Below, in pieces: positions 51,345 to 59,990 of a stretch of DNA of 64,000 nt; positions within the stretch are counted from its first letter, which is position 1, and each line of letters starts with the position of its first letter. Position numbers and translations under genes: made by a program. The stretch is from NCBI GenBank assembly GCA_965205605.1, contig CBDBHE010000006.1:224001-288000 (forward strand), written 5' to 3'. The notes under the pieces were generated by a model. It was not told where the DNA came from. It saw only the letters and a list, made by a program, of their open reading frames with translations, and searched no databases. The DNA is from Spirochaetota bacterium (GTDB taxonomy: Bacteria; Spirochaetota; UBA12135; COTS27; CBDBHE01).

Positions 51345-52304
51345 ATGATGGATAAAAATTATTTATTGATTACTAAAGTTAAGCGTTCTTTTCTTTATAC
51401 TCAAAAAGAAAAATATTTTGATTTTTCTTCTTCGTATTCGAGTCATCTTTTTGGTTATCAAAATTCTTTTATTAAGTCTAAAATCAAGCAATCAATTCAT
51501 TTATCTTTTCCTTACCGTTTTTATTTTTTTAATAAAGCAACAAGTCTTTTAAAAGGTCTTTTTATAAGACACCCCTTTTTAAAAAATTATCACCTTTCTA
51601 TGTTTTCGAAAGTAAAACTTCAAAATTTAATTTTGAAAAATAGCTTTAATTTTTATAAAGAATCCATTGACTTGGATGAAGATTTTTTGTTTAAACAAAA
51701 TAAGTCTTCAAGCCATCACTATGAAAAAAATAATTTATACACAGATAGTTATTTTTTTTTTAACAGACCTTTGTTAAAAGGAATCAAAGGAATTCAAGTA
51801 TTATGGATAAATGCATTTTTTCCTTTTATTTTTAATTGTTTAGAGAAAGCTGATTTTGATTTCATTGTTGTAGGGGGCAAGCATCCCTTTGGTTTTAATC
51901 AAGAGAAACTTGTTTTTAGTAAAAAAAAGTTGAATGTAGATGAGCAAATTTATAAGTGGAGCTTGTTTGTTTATCAAGAAGGACTGGGTTATTTTTACAG
52001 AAAGATCAAACAAAAACAATATGAAACTCTAACTAACTTTTTAATTTTTCAAATTGAAACACTACAAAAAAAAAAATTAATTAAATCGTACGTAGGCGAA
52101 GGTCTTTATTACCGATTAAAACTTGGCAAGGATGTTTTGAAAACAAAGCAAGTCACTTCTAATTTAAAAAATAGATTTTATTTCAAAACGATTTCTTTTT
52201 TAGCAAAGGATTCTTTTTTATATATTGCTTTGAGTTTTAATGCAGAAATTCAACATCTTAAAAATTGTTTTAAACAACTGGAGTCTTTTATTAAAGATGC
52301 TTAA
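51345..52304 (+). CDS. Degenerate class-III aminotransferase-like protein
   Basis: KYFDFSSSYSSHLFGY and YVGEGLY resemble class-III N- and C-terminal motifs; no DE.QTG motif. Confidence 0.4.
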   Translation: MMDKNYLLITKVKRSFLYTQKEKYFDFSSSYSSHLFGYQNSFIKSKIKQSIHLSFPYRFYFFNKATSLLKGLFIRHPFLKNYHLSMFSKVKLQNLILKNSFNFYKESIDLDEDFLFKQNKSSSHHYEKNNLYTDSYFFFNRPLLKGIKGIQVLWINAFFPFIFNCLEKADFDFIVVGGKHPFGFNQEKLVFSKKKLNVDEQIYKWSLFVYQEGLGYFYRKIKQKQYETLTNFLIFQIETLQKKKLIKSYVGEGLYYRLKLGKDVLKTKQVTSNLKNRFYFKTISFLAKDSFLYIALSFNAEIQHLKNCFKQLESFIKDA

Positions 52305-52314
52305 TTTTTTTAAA

Positions 52315-54810
52315 TTAAAAAGTAAGCTTCAAGCCAAATATAGGTAACAAAGGAAAGTCATTAACATCTGTAAAAGGAGCCTCTTGACCTGGCCTTAAAG
52401 AAGCAATATATTTTTCACTATCTGGATTGAAAACTCCTTCATCATAAATGTAGTTATTTTTGTTTTTGTAAAAAGGAAATTGAAGGTTCCAAAAATCTAA
52501 ATAAAAAGAAGCTTTCATTCTTTTATTAATATTAATGGTGTATTCAATACGCACATCAAAGGTGTATTTTATAGGGAGGTATTCAGTATTGGCTGTGTTT
52601 TTATTTTTAGGCTCGAAGCGAAGTTGGTCAGTCCCTTGTTCGTAAGAGCCATTATTATTGACATCTTCATACCCAACTTCTTGTTCTTCAAAAGGTTCTC
52701 CAGTAACAAGGCTCATCCTTGCTCCTAAAATAAGCCCTTTCATTAATGGAAAGACTAAAACACTGCTGAAAATATGTTCTCTTTCATATGTATAGACTTG
52801 CTCGAATCTTTTATTTTCTAAAAATTTATAATCAAGTCCATTATTATTAGGATCCTGAGAAGCAGTAAAAGAATCATAAAAAGGGTATTCATTCCTAGAA
52901 GATTTTGAATAGGTATAACTGATCCAACCAAAGATACCATTAATGATTTTTCTTTTTAAAAATAATTCAAGTCCATAAGTATAGCCTGTACCATTATCTA
53001 AATATTTAGGATTTTTTTTAGCCGTACTATCAAATGCTTGATCAAAAGTTGGATTGAGAATGATTTGATTGAAAAGATTGTTAAAGTAGCCTTCTGCTCT
53101 AAAGTCAAAGCCAAAAAAACTTGTTTTACTTCCTAAGACATAATGGTGAGCTTCACTATTTTTAAGACTAGGGATTCCGTATAGACTATTAATTTGTTGA
53201 AGCCTTGGTAATTGAGAATAGCGACCTGTTTTAAAATAAAATTTCAACGTGTCAGTTAGTGAATATTCAATAATTAATCTTGGATCTAGAGTAAAAAACT
53301 GAGGGGTAATATCATTCCATAGAGTGTTAACACCTAGTTGGGCTTTAAATGAACCTAGTACAAAATCCAACTCCCCATAACTTTCAATAATTTGTCTTCT
53401 TGTTTCTTGAGATTTTGAGTCTTTTCTATCTTCTGCTATTTGCTTAAATTTATCTTCTGGGGAAAGTCCGTTATCAAAATAGTCAAAAGTGTGATCAATG
53501 TAATCTTCTAAAACAAAAGGATATGATTGATAGGTGTACTTAATCCCATGAATCAATAAAAAATCACTATTTAGTTGCCATTTTAGTTGATTGCCAATGG
53601 CATAATCTAAAGTATTGTTAATAAAACTTTGCCACCCTAAAGCAGCATTAGCAATATTAAAATCACTTTTATTTTCAAAATGATATAAAACCAATCTATT
53701 TTCTAAGAGTTTGCTTTCATATTCATATACCAACCCTTGTACGTTCCAATCATCTTTAAATGAAACCCCTTTTTCAGAAGTCCCATCTTGATTTTTAAAA
53801 TTGAGAGATAAAACATCTTGAGAAGCAATATTAATAAAATAAAGCTTATGTCTTTTATTGATATTCCAATCGAGTTTAATATTGTAGTCATAAAAAAAAG
53901 GAGAAATTTCAAAAACATCGAAAATATCTGTTGCAAAATCAAGCCCTTCTAAGTTTTCTAAAGCATTAATATAGCTTTCATAAAAAGTCCGCCTTCCTCC
54001 AAATGAAAGATAAAGTTGGTCCCCGATAGGGATGCTCATTTGAAACCCTGCTGAAGCAACATTAAGGTCTATTTCTCCTGTGGCTTTTGTTTGATTAAAC
54101 GTTTTTTTAGAATGAATGTCCATCACCGATCCTTGAGTATTGCCAAAAAGTGCTGGAAAAGCTCCTGGATAAAAACTTAAGCCTTCAATTGAACTAGAAG
54201 GAAATGCTGAATAAAAACCTAAAGCATGAAAAGGGTTCCCCGTTCTAATCCCATCAAAGCCATAGTTAACATCAAAGCGACTCATCCCTCTAACATATAG
54301 ACTAGGTGTAAACGTTGAAGTACTTGAAACCCCTGGAAGATTAACCACGCTTTTTAGAATATCTCCCCCACTACCAGGAATTAATTTTGCTTCATTGGCA
54401 GTTAAAGTAGAAATAGAACTATCAGTAACTTTTGATTTTGAGGTAATAATAAACTCATCTAACTTTTCAAAAGTTTCATTCTTATTAATAGTATTTTTAA
54501 CTTTGATTTTAATTATTTTTGGAGATTGTTCATTAATAACCACTTTTTGCTTTTCAATGCTTTCTCCTTGAATGATTTCAAAAGTATAAGTTCCTTCTTT
54601 TAAAAAAAAAGTTTCTTTAGATTTTTCAATAGGGGAAGATAACAGTCCTTTTTTGTCTGAAATAAGAAAAATATCTTCTTCTTTAATAATAACAGTATAA
54701 TTATCTAATTTATTACTACCACTTAAAATAAATTGATGCTCTGCGGAAAAGAGACTTGAATAAAAACAAATAATAAGTAAAAATTTAAAATTATTAAAAG
54801 CTTTCTTCAT
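52315..54810 (-). CDS. TonB-dependent outer-membrane receptor
   Basis: Signal peptide; plug GDILKSVVNLPGV..LYVRG; DPRL; GTGYTYGLELFL; GWISYTYS; terminal Phe. Confidence 0.9.
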   Translation of the reverse strand: MKKAFNNFKFLLIICFYSSLFSAEHQFILSGSNKLDNYTVIIKEEDIFLISDKKGLLSSPIEKSKETFFLKEGTYTFEIIQGESIEKQKVVINEQSPKIIKIKVKNTINKNETFEKLDEFIITSKSKVTDSSISTLTANEAKLIPGSGGDILKSVVNLPGVSSTSTFTPSLYVRGMSRFDVNYGFDGIRTGNPFHALGFYSAFPSSSIEGLSFYPGAFPALFGNTQGSVMDIHSKKTFNQTKATGEIDLNVASAGFQMSIPIGDQLYLSFGGRRTFYESYINALENLEGLDFATDIFDVFEISPFFYDYNIKLDWNINKRHKLYFINIASQDVLSLNFKNQDGTSEKGVSFKDDWNVQGLVYEYESKLLENRLVLYHFENKSDFNIANAALGWQSFINNTLDYAIGNQLKWQLNSDFLLIHGIKYTYQSYPFVLEDYIDHTFDYFDNGLSPEDKFKQIAEDRKDSKSQETRRQIIESYGELDFVLGSFKAQLGVNTLWNDITPQFFTLDPRLIIEYSLTDTLKFYFKTGRYSQLPRLQQINSLYGIPSLKNSEAHHYVLGSKTSFFGFDFRAEGYFNNLFNQIILNPTFDQAFDSTAKKNPKYLDNGTGYTYGLELFLKRKIINGIFGWISYTYSKSSRNEYPFYDSFTASQDPNNNGLDYKFLENKRFEQVYTYEREHIFSSVLVFPLMKGLILGARMSLVTGEPFEEQEVGYEDVNNNGSYEQGTDQLRFEPKNKNTANTEYLPIKYTFDVRIEYTININKRMKASFYLDFWNLQFPFYKNKNNYIYDEGVFNPDSEKYIASLRPGQEAPFTDVNDFPLLPIFGLKLTF

Positions 54811-54830
54811 TAATATAATGTTGTTCTACT

Positions 54831-54845
54831 TGAGAATGATTATTT
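54831..54845. promoter_or_regulatory. Possible Fur box upstream of the TonB receptor
   Basis: TGAGAAT-G-ATTATTT versus 7-1-7 consensus TGATAAT-N-ATTATCA (11/14), about 20 nt upstream of the start. Confidence 0.45.
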
Positions 54846-54912
54846 TTAAGTCATAACCTTTTTATAGTATAGTATAGTATTCTAAAATTTAAAAAAAAAG
54901 TAGTTTTACTCT

Positions 54913-56787
54913 ATGCGATTTTTATTTCCTTATCTTTTAAAAGAAAAATTTTGGTTTTTAATAGCAACCACTTTTATTTTAGGGGCAGCTCTTTTAACGA
55001 TGGTGCAAGCAGGTATTGTGGCAAATATGATTTCATTTGCCCTTAATCTGGAGAAAATTCCTAAAAAAGAAAAGACTTCTTTTTCTTTAGAAAAAACTCA
55101 GACTTCACAACAGAAAGTAAAACAAAAAACAAATTTAAAAACAATATGGACACTTTATAAAGAAAAAGGCAATATCGGTGTGACTAAATATCTCATTGAT
55201 CAAAAAAATATTTGGTTAATTGCTAAAGTTGTTTTGCTTTGTTTTTTTTTAGTGATGCTCAATCAATTGTTTGTATTTTTTAGAGATTTTTCTTCTAATT
55301 ATCTCTCGATGCTCACGACAACTCGAATAAGAGAACAATTATTTAGTCGAATGATTTATTTCCCAAGTTCTTATTTTCATCATCAATCTAGAGGGGATCT
55401 TATTTCAAAGTCTTTAAATGATGTTTTAAGATTGCAAGAATGTTTTTATAGCTTTATGGAAGCGGCTTTATTTGGACCAACGATGGTTTTGGTTGGTTTT
55501 TTGGTGCTTGTTTATTTAAATATGAAGATGACTTTTGCTATTTTAGGGTTTGTTTTACTTTTATTTTTTATTTTATATTTACTATCGTTGTTTCTTAAAA
55601 AAATTGTTTATAAGATTCAAAGTAATTTATCAAATATTTCAGAATATATTCAAAAAATATTTTTTGGGATTGATATTATTAAAATTTTTCAAAGAGAAGA
55701 ATATGAAAAACGGAAATTTAAAGTTTTATTAAAAAGACACATCGCTTCGAGTCGTTTAGAACGAATTTTAACAAAATTAAACACCCCTTTTACCGAGATT
55801 TCAGGGACTCTTATTGTCTTTGGCATTATTTTCTACGGAGCCAATCTTATTTGGAAAGAAGAAATTGTTATGGAAGATATTTTTCAATTTGTTATTATGA
55901 TGATTTATGTAGCTCCGTATATTCGTAAAATTAGTAGTGCTATTTTAATTCATAAAGAAATGACTGTGTATACAGAACGATTGGAAGGTATTTTAAAGCA
56001 GAAAGTAGAGAAAGTTAATGTGAAGCGATACTCTAAAGAATTTGTTAATTACAAAGGAAATATCGAATTTAAAAATATTTTTTATCGATACCCTAATTGT
56101 AATGAATGGACTTTAAATGATGTTTCTTTTTCAGTTAAAACAGGAGAGTTTATTGCTTTTGTTGGGCCTTCTGGAGGGGGGAAAACTACTTTAATGAAAT
56201 TAATTCCTGCTCTTATTCAAGCTCAAAAAGGCTCCATTCTTTTTGATGGTCTTAATACGAATAAGCTTTCTTTGGCTTTTATAAGGAGTCAAACAGCGTA
56301 TGTGAGTCAAGATAGTATTCTTTTTAATGAAAGTATTAAAAAGAATATTGCTTATGGGAATTTATCGGCAAATTTTAAAGAAATTGTTCAAGCTGCTAAA
56401 AAAGCACATATTCATGATTTTATTCTTTCACAAAAAAAAGGATATGAAACCATCGTAGGAGAAGGAGGGGTCACGCTTTCAGGAGGTCAGAGACAACGTC
56501 TTTGTATCGCAAGAGCTATTTTAAAAAAGCCCTGTATTTTACTTTTGGATGAAGCAACATCCGCGTTAGATGCTAGTTCAGAAAAAGCGGTCCAAAAAGC
56601 GATGGAATCTCTTGTAAAAAAACAAACAATCTTTGTCATCGCCCACCGTTTTTCAACCATTATGAATGCTGATAAAATTTTTGTTATTGAAAAAGGAAAA
56701 ATTATTGAACAAGGTTCTCATCAAGAACTTTCTAAAAAAGGAGCCTTGTATCAAAAATTGCACAAATTACAATTCTATTCTTCTTAA
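54913..56787 (+). CDS. MsbA-like ABC exporter (TMD + NBD)
   Basis: TM domain; GPSGGGKT, LSGGQRQR, LDEATSALD, IAHR. Confidence 0.93.
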   Translation: MRFLFPYLLKEKFWFLIATTFILGAALLTMVQAGIVANMISFALNLEKIPKKEKTSFSLEKTQTSQQKVKQKTNLKTIWTLYKEKGNIGVTKYLIDQKNIWLIAKVVLLCFFLVMLNQLFVFFRDFSSNYLSMLTTTRIREQLFSRMIYFPSSYFHHQSRGDLISKSLNDVLRLQECFYSFMEAALFGPTMVLVGFLVLVYLNMKMTFAILGFVLLLFFILYLLSLFLKKIVYKIQSNLSNISEYIQKIFFGIDIIKIFQREEYEKRKFKVLLKRHIASSRLERILTKLNTPFTEISGTLIVFGIIFYGANLIWKEEIVMEDIFQFVIMMIYVAPYIRKISSAILIHKEMTVYTERLEGILKQKVEKVNVKRYSKEFVNYKGNIEFKNIFYRYPNCNEWTLNDVSFSVKTGEFIAFVGPSGGGKTTLMKLIPALIQAQKGSILFDGLNTNKLSLAFIRSQTAYVSQDSILFNESIKKNIAYGNLSANFKEIVQAAKKAHIHDFILSQKKGYETIVGEGGVTLSGGQRQRLCIARAILKKPCILLLDEATSALDASSEKAVQKAMESLVKKQTIFVIAHRFSTIMNADKIFVIEKGKIIEQGSHQELSKKGALYQKLHKLQFYSS

Positions 56788-56853
56788 AGTGGTTTGCTTT
56801 TATCAATGGTTTAATTGTATACTAAAACAACTTTATTACTCAAGTGAGGTGTC

Positions 56854-57420
56854 ATGCATTTATTTCAAATTATTATTTTAATCGTTGCTATTTTATTTAC
56901 TAGTGTTTTTTCTTATCTTGCTTTTTTAGGTCTTTTTAAAAAAGTAGAAATCACAGAAAGTACAAAAGGGCCTTATTATATGGTGTATAAAAAAATGCAG
57001 GGTAGCTATAGTGGGATCGGTAATATTTTTTCGTATGTGAAAAAACATCTTGATGAAAAACAAATTTCTGTATTAGCTTATGTTGGAGTTTATTATGATG
57101 ATCCTAAAGAGGTGCCTAAAGATCAATTAAAAAGTGAAGGTGGATTTGCTATTTCAAAAAAAGTTTATGATCAATTACCTTTCCTTTCTAAAGATATTGA
57201 AAAAAAAATGATTCAAAAACAAGATTATATCACTGCAGAGTTTCCTTATAAAAATATGCTTTCTGTTTTTTTAAGTCTTGTCAAAGTTTATCCTAAAATG
57301 GGTAAGCATCACACTAATAAAGGTTATAAAAAACCAGAGTATTGTTTAGAAGTTACCCCTGATCCTAAAAAAAGCAAAACAGCCGTTAATACTCTTTTTT
57401 TGATGCAAATCGTTAAATAA
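56854..57420 (+). CDS. Membrane-anchored GyrI-like domain protein (TEX264-like)
   Basis: N-terminal TM; YK..QGSY, GVYYDDP..VP...L, AEFPYK..LSVFL...KVYP. Confidence 0.75.
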   Translation: MHLFQIIILIVAILFTSVFSYLAFLGLFKKVEITESTKGPYYMVYKKMQGSYSGIGNIFSYVKKHLDEKQISVLAYVGVYYDDPKEVPKDQLKSEGGFAISKKVYDQLPFLSKDIEKKMIQKQDYITAEFPYKNMLSVFLSLVKVYPKMGKHHTNKGYKKPEYCLEVTPDPKKSKTAVNTLFLMQIVK

Positions 57421-57458
57421 CTTTATTTAGCATTTTTCGTTTCGTTGTTTTATTTTTT

Positions 57459-59990
57459 TTAAAAAACAGCTTGGATAGCAATATGAAATTGGTTTTCATA
57501 CTCTAGCGAAAGATTAAAACCAATAATAGTCTGATAATCTACTAAACTAAAAGGAAAATTAATCAAAAAAGCACTTGAAAATTCAAGCCCTTTAAATGAA
57601 TGAGAAAGTCCTGATAAGATTTCCATATTTTCAAAAAAACCATACCGAGCGCCTATCCCTAGTTTAAAATTATGGAAATAAGAATATCCATAATTGTTGT
57701 AAAGAATGATATATCGATGATGATTTTTATAAAGAGTGTAATTAATATCAAATCCAAATTCGATGGGAAGGGGCTCATCAATAGATTGTATTTTTATAGG
57801 GAAGCCTAGATTTTTAATAAAAAACCCTGTCGCTAATGAATCTATTTCTTGAGTAGAACCTAGATAAATCAAGTCATTAAAATAAATTTCTGATTTTATT
57901 TTAGAAATGATTTGTGAATGCAGTAGCTTTTTTTTTTCTAGAGCGTTTTCTTTCTCTTTTTTAACAAGTTGTTTTTCTTTATTTTTATTTTCATTTAACT
58001 GTTCGGTAGCTTCTTTTGCAGAGCTTTGATTTTTTATGTAATGAGAAAGAACGTATTCTTTTTTTATTGCATTGATTTTGTCTTGATAAGATTTTTGAAT
58101 AAAAAAATCATCTGTTTTTTTTGTTATTAAAGCTTCTTGAAAAACCCAATTTAAAGATTTTTTCTGTACGTCGTGAATGTTTACGAAAAATTTTTCTAAC
58201 AATTGATTTTCTTCTTTTTTATAAGCTCTTTTATTAATTTCTTTTTCTTTTTTGGAAATAGAATTGAGGATATTGTATTGTTTTTTTAATTTTTTTTTTT
58301 TTAATTTTTTATAAAATTGTTTGGCGTAATTTTCAAGATTTTTAATCTTAACTTGTTTTTTTTTTTCAAAAGATTTTTGTTTATTTTCATAGGTAGTAGA
58401 AAATTCCTCTAATAAAAAATAATTTTTTTTTTTTTTTTGATAAAAACTAATAATATTTTTTAAATAAGCTTCTTGTAATGAATTTAAAAGCGAATTTTTT
58501 CTTATTTTATGTAGTGTTTTTTGAATATTTTGCGTCATTTCTTGTTCTTTTTTTTTTTGTTTTAGCATGAGTTGTTTAAGGAAGATTTTAATTTTTTGTC
58601 CTGGATTGATTTTTTTAAATAGTAAGTCTTTGTTTTCTTCTACAACAAGAGAATATACTAGACGACTTTTAAAATACTTTTTAATAATATTTTTAATGGT
58701 TTCTTTTTTTTTTACTTCGTGAAATAAAAAACCTTGCCTTGAAGCTCGATTAATTTTGATCTTTAAAAAATATATTTCCCAATCTTCAATGAAATTTTTT
58801 TGAGTGATTTTAATTTTTTTTTTAGAGTTTTGATATTTTTTAATGATTTTTTCCTCTGTTTGATTATTTTCTTTTTCTGAAAAACTATTTTGATACAATT
58901 GAAACAGAGTATTGATATTATTTTTTTCTTTATTAGTAATAGAGGAAAGGAGATTGCTTTTATGTTTTTCGATATATCTTTCATTGGTTACTATCATAGA
59001 AATAATTTTATAAATATATGCTTTGTATGTTTTTTCAATATTTTTTTGAAGATTTTGGGTTCTTTGAGAAAATTCTTCTTTAGCTTTTTTTGCATAGTTT
59101 GAAATATCTTCATCTTGGATTTCGTCATTTAGAGAAACCCTAGTGGAATAGATTTTTTTTCTTATTTGATAAATTTTTTCAAGATTATTTTGAGATTTTT
59201 TTAATTCTTGTTTTAAGGTATTAATTTTTTGTTTTGTTTCTTTTTGTAATTGAAGCTTTAGCTTTAAGATTTCATTTTCTTCATTGATCAATTTTCTTTG
59301 TGTTTGAGCTATTTCATAAATACTTTTGTTTTCTATTTTTGATTGTTGTTCTAAGAATTTTTGTTTGAGATCATCTTTTGTAATAAGCTTAGCTGGTTTC
59401 CCTAGATAAGGGACTTGAAAACGACTTGAAGCATTAAGATCAAAAAAGATAGTTTGAGAAGTGATGCCTTCAAATTGAGCTTGATAATAATTCACATTAA
59501 TAGCAGTATTAAATTTTTTTAAGAAAGTACTATTAAAAGATTGATTGGGATTATTGAAATTATTGATAGCAGAAACAATTTGATCATAGTCAACAATAAT
59601 TGGAGCTCCGACATATAAATCAGAAAAATTACCAAGAGAACCTTTCGCCTTTGATTCATTAAAAGATCTAATATTTCCAAAGTTAATAAAGTAGCCATAA
59701 GCTCCAAATAAAAAATAATCCAAAAAAGGTCTCGGCCATCCAAAAGAAAATCCTTGAGTACTTAAATTATTAAAAGGCAAGGTATTATAAAAAAAATTAA
59801 TTTCTGTTTTTTCTTTTAAAGAATATTGAGAGGTGTAATTTCGGTTAAAAAAACGATTGAAGCCTAAAATCTCATTTCCACCCCCTAATGAATTCGACAA
59901 AGGATCTTTTTCAAAAACTAGAAAATCAACAGTACTTTTTAAATAAGAAAGTGATAAAAAAAACAGAAAAATAATTTTGAATTTTATCAT
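57459..59990 (-). CDS. PorV/PorQ (UPF0164, FadL-superfamily) outer-membrane barrel with a ~520-aa coiled-coil insertion
   Basis: Signal peptide; FLVFEKDPLSNSLGG, INFGNIRSF, IFFDLN; after a K/E/Q-rich insert GFFIKNLG.PIK...EPLP..FGFDINY; terminal Phe. Confidence 0.65.
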   Translation of the reverse strand: MIKFKIIFLFFLSLSYLKSTVDFLVFEKDPLSNSLGGGNEILGFNRFFNRNYTSQYSLKEKTEINFFYNTLPFNNLSTQGFSFGWPRPFLDYFLFGAYGYFINFGNIRSFNESKAKGSLGNFSDLYVGAPIIVDYDQIVSAINNFNNPNQSFNSTFLKKFNTAINVNYYQAQFEGITSQTIFFDLNASSRFQVPYLGKPAKLITKDDLKQKFLEQQSKIENKSIYEIAQTQRKLINEENEILKLKLQLQKETKQKINTLKQELKKSQNNLEKIYQIRKKIYSTRVSLNDEIQDEDISNYAKKAKEEFSQRTQNLQKNIEKTYKAYIYKIISMIVTNERYIEKHKSNLLSSITNKEKNNINTLFQLYQNSFSEKENNQTEEKIIKKYQNSKKKIKITQKNFIEDWEIYFLKIKINRASRQGFLFHEVKKKETIKNIIKKYFKSRLVYSLVVEENKDLLFKKINPGQKIKIFLKQLMLKQKKKEQEMTQNIQKTLHKIRKNSLLNSLQEAYLKNIISFYQKKKKNYFLLEEFSTTYENKQKSFEKKKQVKIKNLENYAKQFYKKLKKKKLKKQYNILNSISKKEKEINKRAYKKEENQLLEKFFVNIHDVQKKSLNWVFQEALITKKTDDFFIQKSYQDKINAIKKEYVLSHYIKNQSSAKEATEQLNENKNKEKQLVKKEKENALEKKKLLHSQIISKIKSEIYFNDLIYLGSTQEIDSLATGFFIKNLGFPIKIQSIDEPLPIEFGFDINYTLYKNHHRYIILYNNYGYSYFHNFKLGIGARYGFFENMEILSGLSHSFKGLEFSSAFLINFPFSLVDYQTIIGFNLSLEYENQFHIAIQAVF

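Noticed and set aside
4063-59743. About 25 short ORFs (60-121 aa) nested in or antisense to larger genes, e.g. 25894..26259, 46817..47125, 49123..49407
   Set aside because: Shadow frames of well-supported genes with no motifs of their own.
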